From positions 1-30,640 of IMG/VR virus record IMGVR_UViG_3300032290_000817: 30,640 nucleotides of DNA; one strand, 5' to 3'. Source of the stretch: a virus. Lineage: Duplodnaviria; Caudoviricetes. Position numbers and translations under genes: made by a program. The notes below the pieces were generated by a model, which had not been told where the DNA came from, searched no databases, and saw nothing but the letters and a program-made list of their open reading frames with translations. The first letter of the stretch is position 1. Each line of letters begins with the position of its first letter. Shown here in pieces: positions 13,685 to 21,182 of the stretch.

Positions 13685-14413
13685 ATGGCTCTGAATTTTG
13701 GTTTCATGAACCAGCCCGAAGGCGGTCAGACGTTCCTCCCCTTCGTCAAGTATGACTCGCGTGCGGGGCGCATGTTTCGCGTCGACAAGAAGGCGGATGG
13801 CTCCACTGAGAATGTCGACATCACCCGGTCGTTCAAGGCGCTGGTTGACTTGGAGAATGTTGAGACGGGCTGGATGCACTTCGCTGCTGGCGCCGCGCCG
13901 ATCTATGCGCTGAGCCGGCACGACGAGCCCAACCCGCCGAAGCCTGTGGCTGAGGCTAAGGAGGGTGTGCGCTTGGTGTTGCAGCTTGGCGCCGCCTGCG
14001 GCGGTGACGTGCGCGAGATTTCCAGCAACGCCAAGAGCATGCTGGTGGGCATCAGCGACCTGCACAGCGCCTACGAGGCGGGTCTGAAGGACAACCCTGG
14101 CAAGCTGCCCATCGTCGTCCTGTCCGACACCAAGCCGGTCGTGACGACGGGCAAGAACGGCTCTTCCACCAACTACATGCCTGTGTTTGAGATTGTCGGT
14201 TGGGCGCCTCGTTCGTCCCAGCTTGTGTGGTCTCCTAAGGGCAACACGGTCATGGAGGCTGCGGCACCTGCTGCGCCTGCGGCTCCGGCGGGCGGGTCGA
14301 TGTTCTCTGGCGCTCCGCCGCAGACTGGCTCCACTCTGGTTGCACCGCCGGCTCAGACGGCCACCTTCACGGCTCCTGCGGCAACCAAGGTTTCTGAAGA
14401 CGATTTCGGCTAA
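13685..14413 (+). CDS. Putative single-stranded DNA-binding/annealing protein (242 aa)
   Basis: GGAGA RBS; follows the exonuclease; beta-rich core, Ala/Pro linker and acidic-Phe tail (SEDDFG); strongly biased codons. Function is inferred from architecture and context. Confidence 0.6.
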   Translation: MALNFGFMNQPEGGQTFLPFVKYDSRAGRMFRVDKKADGSTENVDITRSFKALVDLENVETGWMHFAAGAAPIYALSRHDEPNPPKPVAEAKEGVRLVLQLGAACGGDVREISSNAKSMLVGISDLHSAYEAGLKDNPGKLPIVVLSDTKPVVTTGKNGSSTNYMPVFEIVGWAPRSSQLVWSPKGNTVMEAAAPAAPAAPAGGSMFSGAPPQTGSTLVAPPAQTATFTAPAATKVSEDDFG

Positions 14414-14422
14414 CCTGACTAC

Positions 14423-14446
14423 GTAGTGGGGCGCAAGCCCCACTAC
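14423..14446 (+). other. Perfect 10-bp hairpin with a GCAA tetraloop
   Basis: GTAGTGGGGC-GCAA-GCCCCACTAC after the SSB stop; no U-tract. Confidence 0.55.
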
Positions 14447-14464
14447 ACCATCAAAGGACAAACA

Positions 14465-14785
14465 ATGCGATTTCTAGTGACGATGAATATGGGCTCAGGC
14501 AACAACAACCTAGTCCATCAGTTTGTGTTTGACCATGAATCTGAGTCTTTGTCGGCTCTCCTTGAATACATCAACGACAATAACTTTATCCTCGTAACTC
14601 ACTATTATTGGGATAAGGAGCGTCGTGGCCTTCGCAATATGGGGCGCATGGTCATCAACACCTACCATATGGGCAAGGTGGTTGAATACACGGGCGCTGG
14701 CGGTGAAGTTGCTGACACGACAGGTCTTTCGTTGCTGTCGCCAAGCACCGAGAATGGACCGCAAAGGCGCTTGACAAGAACGTAA
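14465..14785 (+). CDS. Hypothetical protein (106 aa, MRFLVTMNM...)
   Basis: AAGGA RBS before ATG 14465. Confidence 0.75.
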   Translation: MRFLVTMNMGSGNNNLVHQFVFDHESESLSALLEYINDNNFILVTHYYWDKERRGLRNMGRMVINTYHMGKVVEYTGAGGEVADTTGLSLLSPSTENGPQRRLTRT

Positions 14786-14829
14786 AACAAGACAAGATAG
14801 CCATCTAAATATGGCTTATGGAGATAGCT

Positions 14830-15096
14830 ATGTCTGAAAATACTACAACCATGGACGACTTTCTCAAAGCAATAGATCAGGTAAGAGCAAACGAAATAGA
14901 AAGAAAATTCTTTGAAGATGTTTTGAACGAAGTCGAACAAATTCCCACTCTTGTCGCTGCTATAGCGTTCATCATCTGCCGACTTTCCACAAAAGAGGCA
15001 AATGATAGTGTGGAGGAACGTGATTCAATAGGCTTTTTAAGCATGATAGCTGCTTTGATTTTGGAAACCAAAGTGAACAAGTATTCCTTGAATTGA
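14830..15096 (+). CDS. Hypothetical protein (88 aa)
   Basis: GGAGA RBS before ATG 14830. Confidence 0.7.
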   Translation: MSENTTTMDDFLKAIDQVRANEIERKFFEDVLNEVEQIPTLVAAIAFIICRLSTKEANDSVEERDSIGFLSMIAALILETKVNKYSLN

Positions 15097-15164
15097 TATA
15101 GCGGGAGGAAAAAATGACCGAACGTATGGAGATGCTGAAGGTCATAGCGACGGCTACCACATAG

Positions 15165-15392
15165 ATGACCGCAAGCAAGGTCATCGACATGGCTGGGCGC
15201 AGCATTAATGACTGGTATGTCGTTAAGCGTGCCTATGGAGTTGGGGCAGGCGCCTCAAAAGCAAAGTGGTGGGTAATCTGCCCTGCTTGCAGCGTGCAAC
15301 ACTACGAAACCGGCAGCAAGCTCCGCGCCGCAGAAGAAAATCGCTGGATTATATGGTGCCGCGCTTGCGGCTTGAATGGAGTGAAAGAATGA
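15165..15392 (+). CDS. Small Cys4 (CPAC...CRAC) zinc-binding protein
   Basis: IDMAGRSINDWYVV...WWVICPAC...LR...CRAC resembles the Cys-containing N-terminal module of some phage endonucleases; ATGA overlap with the next gene. Confidence 0.6.
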   Translation: MTASKVIDMAGRSINDWYVVKRAYGVGAGASKAKWWVICPACSVQHYETGSKLRAAEENRWIIWCRACGLNGVKE

Positions 15393-15703
15393 CCCGCTTG
15401 CAAGCGTTGGAGGCCGTGGCCACAAGAGTGCGGATATGGTGCGCGACTCGTCCTGAGTTGAACAAGGGTTTTGACACTTTGCACGACACACAAGCGCTGT
15501 TCGACGCGATCCAAGCCCTCGACGCCCTCCCCGCCGATCCCAAGCCCGCGCGTGGGGAGGTGGTGGAGGTTGCGATGTGGTGCAGTTCAAACGGACGACT
15601 TGAGTTCAGCATTGCTGGATCGTTTGAGGACAGCGCCGCCAGCGAAACTGGCGAACGCCTCGGCATCACCCGCCTCTCGCTGGTGAAGGGGGCTGGGGCA
15701 TGA
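15389..15703 (+). CDS. Hypothetical protein (104 aa)
   Basis: ATGA overlaps at both ends. Confidence 0.65.
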   Translation: MTRLQALEAVATRVRIWCATRPELNKGFDTLHDTQALFDAIQALDALPADPKPARGEVVEVAMWCSSNGRLEFSIAGSFEDSAASETGERLGITRLSLVKGAGA

Positions 15704-16056
15704 GCGCGCCACCGCCAGTCGGAGTGATTGCCCTGGCTCTGATGGGGCGCACGACCGTCATGCAAGAGCGTGTTTCGCCGCTGGCTTTGCGGCAAGCAGA
15801 CGCCATCCTCTCCGCCCTCGCCGCTGCTGGCCACGTCATCGAGCAGGACTGGCAGCCGATTGAGACGGCGCCGAAAGACGGGACACGGTTCATCGCTTGG
15901 TGGCAACCGTGCGCGCAGCTTCCCAATGGCGGCTGGCACGAATGCCAGTGGCTAGGCGGTGGCTGGTATCACCCGTTCTTCGCCGAGCCGACGCACTGGA
16001 AACCGCCGCCCGTTGATGGGCCTCATCTCACCGCAGCCAAGGAGACGCAGGCATGA
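15700..16056 (+). CDS. DUF551-like protein
   Basis: WQPIETAPKDGT...PTHWKPPP. Confidence 0.75.
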   Translation: MSAPPPVGVIALALMGRTTVMQERVSPLALRQADAILSALAAAGHVIEQDWQPIETAPKDGTRFIAWWQPCAQLPNGGWHECQWLGGGWYHPFFAEPTHWKPPPVDGPHLTAAKETQA

Positions 16057-16421
16057 GCGCGCTGTTGCCGTGCCCGTTTTGTGGTGGGCGCAATCCTGGG
16101 CTTTGGCATCAGGACGTAGGCGTGAAATCCTTTCCACGCGTCAACTGCGGTGCTTGCGGTTCTGGAACCGGGTTCAGCCCCAAGTGGTCAGACGACGACG
16201 CCATCGCCGCCTGGAACCAGCGCGCTACCCCCGCCGAGGTCGAAAAGCTGCGGGCGGATGTGGAGAGGTTGCGGAAGGCGTTGGAGCGGATTGCCAACCA
16301 CCCCGAGGCCAACGTGGTGCTGACAGACTACGGGCCAGACGGCAAGCAGCGAGTGTGGCCAACCGTAGAACAAGAAGCCCGCGCCGCCCTCACACACAAG
16401 GAGCCGGGCGATGAAGGTTGA
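16053..16421 (+). CDS. Lar-family (restriction alleviation-like) zinc-binding protein
   Basis: LLPCPFCGG...VNCGACG...AIAAWNQRA. Confidence 0.8.
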   Translation: MSALLPCPFCGGRNPGLWHQDVGVKSFPRVNCGACGSGTGFSPKWSDDDAIAAWNQRATPAEVEKLRADVERLRKALERIANHPEANVVLTDYGPDGKQRVWPTVEQEARAALTHKEPGDEG

Positions 16422-16710
16422 GGATGTGCCGGAAGAGTGGGTGCAAGCGGCATGGGAGGCGTGGGCACTGACGCAGGATGACGCCGCCGGGATTTGTATG
16501 AAGCACATGCTCGCCGCCGTCATCCCCGCCATCCAGAACGCGGCGTTGGAGCGGGCGGCGGAAGAAGCGTTCAACGAATACCTCGCCGCTGAAAACGACG
16601 TTGAAACGGCCGGGCAAAGCGATGTTGTGGCGCGGCTGCATTCCGAAGGTGCCGCCAGCACCGCGAACCGTATCATGCAAACCATCCGCGCGCTGAAGGA
16701 GGGGACATGA
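16411..16710 (+). CDS. Hypothetical protein (99 aa)
   Basis: AGGAG RBS; NAALERAA...IRALKE is a common phage early-gene module. Confidence 0.7.
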   Translation: MKVEDVPEEWVQAAWEAWALTQDDAAGICMKHMLAAVIPAIQNAALERAAEEAFNEYLAAENDVETAGQSDVVARLHSEGAASTANRIMQTIRALKEGT

Positions 16711-16774
16711 CTTTCCCTGAACGCATGGTGGAGGCGGCGGCAATCGCAGCCATACTCGCGGGGAGGGTGACGCT

Positions 16775-16993
16775 GTGAATGGGGATTGCAGGCCGCCCGC
16801 AGGAACGCCACCAGATACCGAGTGCTGGCTGCAACACATAGACAGTGCCATGATGATGATAGCAAAATGGGACCGATGGAAAGGCCGGAGAGGCATCTGG
16901 TATTGTTTTGGCGTTGCCAATGGCCTAACGCCACTTCAAATGTATAAAAATGGCTGGCGTTTCCATTCTATCGTGGAGTGGCCTCATGAATGA
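16775..16993 (+). CDS. Trp-rich hypothetical protein (72 aa)
   Basis: GGAGGG upstream of GTG; co-oriented with neighbours. Confidence 0.55.
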   Translation: MNGDCRPPAGTPPDTECWLQHIDSAMMMIAKWDRWKGRRGIWYCFGVANGLTPLQMYKNGWRFHSIVEWPHE

Positions 16994-16999
16994 GGGAAC

Positions 17000-17028
17000 T
17001 TCACTTGTAGGCAGCCAAATGGTATGCT
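17000..17028 (+). promoter_or_regulatory. Sigma70-type promoter candidate
   Basis: TTCACT-17-TATGCT with an extended TG, in intergenic DNA. Confidence 0.35.
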
Positions 17029-17085
17029 AAATAGCTCTGCCCTGAGCGACACGGGTTGTATCGGGGAATTATATAGGAGAAAACG

Positions 17086-17349
17086 ATGACAAACGAAGAA
17101 TACCTAGAACAAATTGCTGCGGTATTCCCTTATTTAAACAAAAAAACGCGCCTAGTGCAAATTGCAGTTGCAGAATCCAATGACGGCGATCTGGAAGCGG
17201 CTGTAATTACAGAAAGCCTTAGCGTTTCGCAGGCCTGGAATTATCTGGAGAATAGCTTTGCGGCGCCTCATCGCATTGCTATCGTTGAAGTTCGTATTCC
17301 TGTGCGCCAAGTGCCTGTCATCCCCGGTAAGGCGAAGGAGCCGGAGTGA
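17086..17349 (+). CDS. Hypothetical protein (87 aa)
   Basis: AGGAGA RBS. Confidence 0.7.
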   Translation: MTNEEYLEQIAAVFPYLNKKTRLVQIAVAESNDGDLEAAVITESLSVSQAWNYLENSFAAPHRIAIVEVRIPVRQVPVIPGKAKEPE

Positions 17350-18038
17350 TGAGCAAAGAGGTTCTTGCATGGCATTTTGTAGGGGATGCCTTGCGTGATG
17401 GGCGCCCCGTTCCTGCTGATAACGTGACACTGAAACACACAGGGAAACTTGAACTGTGTGCGTCTGGGTTACATGCAAGTGAGCGGCTTATTGACGCTTT
17501 GGAACATGCCTCCGGCCCGATATTGTGCCGCGTCCAGATGGGCGGGACAATCAAAAAAGATTCCGATAAACTGGTTGCAAGGCAGCGCACAATTCTTTGG
17601 CGGATTGATTCAACGGATGTATTGCGGAAGTTTGCCCGGCAATGTGCGCTGGATGTGGCGCATCTGTGGGATATGCCGCCCGTGGTGAGGCAATATCTAG
17701 AGACAGGCGACGAAAGCATTATAGATGCTGCCAAGGCAGCTAGGACTGCCGTTAAGATTGCCTGGGGGGCCATAGGGTTTGGCAGTGCTGCCACCAGTGA
17801 AGCCGCTAAAGCTGCCGCCATGTATGCCTTTGCGGTTGTTGATAGGGGGGCCTCCTGGGCTGCCGTTGAATATTCCGCCTTGGAAGCTGCCAGAGAAGCT
17901 GCCAGGGCTGCCGCCTGGAATGCCGCCAGTTATGGCGCGCAGGGCGCCGCCAGTATTGCCGCCAGGGCTGCCGCCAAGGACGCCCAAAACACCCACTTGA
18001 CTGAAATAGCTATGGCATTAGCCCCGGAGAAGTCATGA
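17346..18038 (+). CDS. Phage protein with LCASGLHAS domain and Ala-rich C-terminal repeats
   Basis: CASGLHAS...ILCRV...KLVAR, FARQCALDV, and AAREAARAAAWNAA repeats. Confidence 0.8.
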   Translation: MMSKEVLAWHFVGDALRDGRPVPADNVTLKHTGKLELCASGLHASERLIDALEHASGPILCRVQMGGTIKKDSDKLVARQRTILWRIDSTDVLRKFARQCALDVAHLWDMPPVVRQYLETGDESIIDAAKAARTAVKIAWGAIGFGSAATSEAAKAAAMYAFAVVDRGASWAAVEYSALEAAREAARAAAWNAASYGAQGAASIAARAAAKDAQNTHLTEIAMALAPEKS

Positions 18039-18211
18039 TGAATCCTGAAGACGCAACCCGGTTCAATGGGCCAGGGCAACCAGACGCAGACGAGGTTCTG
18101 CGCCGCGAGGTGAATTGGGATGTATGGGCATTTTGGTCGATAGTAATCGGCGTGTGGGGAGTCGTTCTGGGATACGTGATTGCGTGGCTGTGGGGGAAAA
18201 TAGTAGGATGA
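18035..18211 (+). CDS. Small single-pass membrane protein (58 aa)
   Basis: GGAG RBS and ATGA overlaps at both ends; hydrophobic stretch VWAFWSIVIGVWGVVLGYVIAWLWG. Not in the ORF track. Confidence 0.65.
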   Translation: MMNPEDATRFNGPGQPDADEVLRREVNWDVWAFWSIVIGVWGVVLGYVIAWLWGKIVG

Positions 18212-18414
18212 TGCTTCAGCTAAACCCATCTATGCCTGTCAAAACGCCACAAGGCGTAGCCATGGCCATAGGATGGATAGATTACGGCCCAGAGCATGAC
18301 CTTATCTGGATTGTCATAGACGACAACACAAGGGAATGCTGGTGCGTGAGCAACAAAAATATCAGATTTGGATCAAACGAAACATACGGAAGAAAAATCC
18401 CAAGGGATATGTGA
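18208..18414 (+). CDS. Phage hypothetical protein (68 aa, MMLQLNPSMPVKTPQG...)
   Basis: ATG 18208 is coupled to the upstream stop; QLNP.TP.G..IDYG.EHDL.W..CW pattern. Confidence 0.75.
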   Translation: MMLQLNPSMPVKTPQGVAMAIGWIDYGPEHDLIWIVIDDNTRECWCVSNKNIRFGSNETYGRKIPRDM

Positions 18415-18421
18415 CAAAGCC

Positions 18422-18961
18422 ATGGGTAGAGAGAATAATAAAAACTTGATTTTGCTTCCAGTAGAAAAAGGGATACCCATCCCTCCTGTTGAAAAGTTCC
18501 CAAAATGGAGGAGGCCAATCAAATACAAAATCTCCATTAAAAGGCTTTTTATTGGAGACAGTGTCTTTATACCAGAATCAGACCAGCCACCCCAGGCGGA
18601 AATGTCTCTTCTTAGAAAGAAACTTGGACGCAATCACGTATACAGAAAGATAAAGTCAGATGATGGCGCTGTATTAGGCATAAGAATTTGGAGAGTAGAA
18701 GACCAGCCGGATCACTTAGTAGCTCCAGAAGTAAAGAGGAAAAGTAAAATGGAAGAAACAAGGCAAATAAAAAAAATTGAAGACACACAAAAAAATGAAC
18801 TTCAAGCTGATGCGCCGAAGCAGCCAGAGTTGAAAAAGGAAGACGACCGCAAGAAGCCCCGGATGAGGAATTGCTTGTGGTGCGGCCTGCCGTTTGAAAG
18901 CAAAAACGCAGGTGACAGGTATCACCAGAATTGCAGGGACAACGCAAGGAGGGCCGGATGA
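18422..18961 (+). CDS. Putative DNA-binding protein: paralog of 10627-10920 plus a C-terminal CxxC...HxxC module
   Basis: IPIP...KY...LFIGDSVFIP...GIRIWRV; RNCLWCGLPFES...RYHQNC. Exact start uncertain. Confidence 0.7.
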   Translation: MGRENNKNLILLPVEKGIPIPPVEKFPKWRRPIKYKISIKRLFIGDSVFIPESDQPPQAEMSLLRKKLGRNHVYRKIKSDDGAVLGIRIWRVEDQPDHLVAPEVKRKSKMEETRQIKKIEDTQKNELQADAPKQPELKKEDDRKKPRMRNCLWCGLPFESKNAGDRYHQNCRDNARRAG

Positions 18962-19155
18962 CGAACATAGTAGACGCCGTCAAGGAAGACCTTGATAGAC
19001 GTGCCGCGCTTGGTCTTAAAAAGTATGGCGTTAGCCTGGAGCGAACAGACCTGACGGAAATTGATTGGATTCAACACGCCTACGAAGAGGCACTAGACCT
19101 ATCATGCTATCTTCGCAGGTTGATAGAGCTTCGCAAGATGGTAACGCGCGAGTGA
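18958..19155 (+). CDS. Small all-alpha protein, possibly nucleotide pyrophosphohydrolase-like (65 aa)
   Basis: GLKKYGVSLERTDL...WIQHAYEEALDLSCYL (EExxD acidic helix); ATGA overlap with the upstream gene. Confidence 0.6.
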   Translation: MTNIVDAVKEDLDRRAALGLKKYGVSLERTDLTEIDWIQHAYEEALDLSCYLRRLIELRKMVTRE

Positions 19156-19163
19156 TGGCGTCG

Positions 19164-19436
19164 TCACTTGACGATGTTGATGATCCTGGAGTTTTCCTCT
19201 AAGGCCCTGAAGCCGTGAGGTTGCCTGGGCTGCCAATCCAGGACTGAGTTATTGAAGGCATCCGCCTCAATGACCCACCCAGGCCCGAATATCTCGAACC
19301 TGCCCCGCTGCACGATAGTGATGTGGACGTTTGTCTCATCGTGATCGTGCAGCGGCAATTCGTCCCCGACTTCAGGGAAGTCATACACTGAGGCCAGCAG
19401 CCGGCCGAGTTGTAGCTGCTTGACGGCAAGCGTCAT
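19164..19436 (-). CDS. Cupin-fold protein (last gene of the virion operon)
   Basis: LPLHDHD...HITIVQRG...PRQPHGFRALE cupin metal-binding motifs. Confidence 0.8.
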   Translation of the reverse strand: MTLAVKQLQLGRLLASVYDFPEVGDELPLHDHDETNVHITIVQRGRFEIFGPGWVIEADAFNNSVLDWQPRQPHGFRALEENSRIINIVK

Positions 19437-19666
19437 GCAACAGGAACCGGAGGTGAGTTGGGCGCGCCATTGCCCTCAGCCTGCTGGGGCTGCGGCGGCG
19501 CAGGTGGAACGGGATCAGTGCCATCCCACGGGAAGCCCGGAGAGGCCTGCACGGAGCCGGTGTAATGCACCAGCGTGAGGCCTTCAGGAGGCGTGTATTC
19601 CGCCACGCCATCATACTCTATGACGTTGTCGATGATGCTGTTCGCGTCAATCAGAAGCCAGGGCAT
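19433..19666 (-). CDS. Tail-fibre-associated small protein (assembly chaperone-like)
   Basis: Follows the tail fibre gene; IIDNVIEYDG...PGFPWDGTDPVPP pattern. Confidence 0.6.
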   Translation of the reverse strand: MPWLLIDANSIIDNVIEYDGVAEYTPPEGLTLVHYTGSVQASPGFPWDGTDPVPPAPPQPQQAEGNGAPNSPPVPVA

Positions 19667-19671
19667 GATGC

Positions 19672-21174
19672 TCACCATTCAAAGAAAACAACGCCAGCCC
19701 TGCCGGCTGTGGGAGAGGCAGAATCACCAGTTCCCCCCGCGCCATATCCTCCACCACCAAAGATGGATGCAGCGCCAATATTTCTACCATAATTTGCGCC
19801 ATAAACGCCAGCGCCGCCAGCAATAGAAAGAGTAGGAGAACCAGCAGTTACGCTTCCGCCACTGCCGCCAGTCGTAGAACCTGTTCCGCCAGTTGTAGTC
19901 ACAGTAGTAATGGCCTGAGTGCCAGATGAAATGCTGCTACTGCCACCACTACTTCCGGCGCCAGATGTTCCAGCAGCGCCGCCAGTGCCGACTGTCACTG
20001 AAATTGTATTGCCGGGAGTAATGGAGGATAGGTAAGTAATTGCGGCAGCGCCAGACCCACCGCCACCAGCAATAGAACTTGGTAAACCACATCCGTTAGA
20101 AACGGTTCCAAGTGACCCGCCACCACCGCCACCAACAATAGTCACCTTCACAACAGTTACGCCAGTAGGGATGGTAAATGTTCCCGATGACGTAAAAGCC
20201 TGACTAGACTTGATGGCCGCAACTGACACAGATCCGGCACCATTGGTAATGGTGATGCCGTTCCCCGCCGTCAGGGTAGCCCGAGTGAACCCGGTCCCAT
20301 TGCCGATATCAATCTGCCCGTTGGATGGCGTCGTGGTGAGGCCAGTTCCGCCGTTCGCGATAGGCAGGGTGCCGGTGACGCCCGTTGTCAGAGGCAGGCC
20401 GGTGGCATTGCCCAAGGTGATCGTGGGGCCGCTGCTGAGGACCACGTTGCCGGTGCCGGTGCTGGTGGTGACGCCAGTGCCGCCAGACGCCACAGGCAGC
20501 GTCCCAGAGGTCAGGGTGGTGGTGCCTGTGGCATAGATGGCGCCGCCCGACGTGTAGCTCACAAGGCCCGTGCCTCCGCTGGCCACAGGCAGGGTGCCAG
20601 AGGTCAGGGTGGTGGTGCCGCTGGCGTAGATGGCGCCGCCAGACGTGAAGCTGGCAAGGCCTGTGCCGCCGCTGGTGGTGCCGAGGATGCCGCTGAGGGC
20701 GATGGTGCCGCTGGAGGTGATAGGGCTACCGCTGACCGTCAGACCGGACAGGCTGGTGGAGAAGGCGACGCTGGAGACCGACTGCGTCGTCCGCATGCCG
20801 GAGGCAGTGCCGTCGCAGGAGACGTTGATGAGCGCCCCAGGCGGAACCGTGACAGCCGATCCGCCGGCAGCCGAGGAGATGCTGAGGACAAAGGCGCCAG
20901 TGGCGCCGTTGTAGACCATCCACTGGCCACCAACCGCCGAGGGGACGACGTAGTTGACGTTGGCCGTCAGGACGCCGCTGATGGTAAGTGTCAGGGGAGA
21001 ATACTGCGCCGACGACAAGGTCTGATTGCCGGACAGGGCGGTGACATTCAAAGATGTCGAACCGCCAAAGGCAGTATCAATCTGACTGAGGGAGGTATTG
21101 ACCGTCGTGCCCCACCCCGTATCACTGAGGGCAGGTTCGCCAATAGCTTTGTTCGGTGTGTATGACGTAGCCAT
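19672..21174 (-). CDS. Tail fibre protein with Gly-rich C-terminal domain
   Basis: Gly/Ser/Thr-rich; LPVASGGTG and LPIANGGTG repeats; FTSSGTFTIPTGV..VKVTIVGGGGGG; ends GVVFFEW. Confidence 0.85.
   Translation of the reverse strand: MATSYTPNKAIGEPALSDTGWGTTVNTSLSQIDTAFGGSTSLNVTALSGNQTLSSAQYSPLTLTISGVLTANVNYVVPSAVGGQWMVYNGATGAFVLSISSAAGGSAVTVPPGALINVSCDGTASGMRTTQSVSSVAFSTSLSGLTVSGSPITSSGTIALSGILGTTSGGTGLASFTSGGAIYASGTTTLTSGTLPVASGGTGLVSYTSGGAIYATGTTTLTSGTLPVASGGTGVTTSTGTGNVVLSSGPTITLGNATGLPLTTGVTGTLPIANGGTGLTTTPSNGQIDIGNGTGFTRATLTAGNGITITNGAGSVSVAAIKSSQAFTSSGTFTIPTGVTVVKVTIVGGGGGGSLGTVSNGCGLPSSIAGGGGSGAAAITYLSSITPGNTISVTVGTGGAAGTSGAGSSGGSSSISSGTQAITTVTTTGGTGSTTGGSGGSVTAGSPTLSIAGGAGVYGANYGRNIGAASIFGGGGYGAGGTGDSASPTAGRAGVVFFEW
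20473..20673 (-). repeat. Tandem 93-nt (31-aa) repeat in the tail fibre gene
   Basis: SGGTGLASFTSGGAIYASGTTTLTSGTLPVA / SGGTGLVSYTSGGAIYATGTTTLTSGTLPVA / SGGTG. Confidence 0.85.
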
Positions 21175-21182
21175 GACTTACC

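Noticed and set aside
13655-14461. 268-aa minus-strand ORF over the SSB-like gene (likewise 2910-3530, 7464-8162, 16188-16934)
   Set aside because: Shadow ORFs opposite better-supported genes that have RBSs and operon coupling.
17697-18000. Pro-rich and Gly-rich collagen-like ORFs in alternative frames
   Set aside because: By-products of the GCC/GCT Ala repeats in the 17346-18038 gene.
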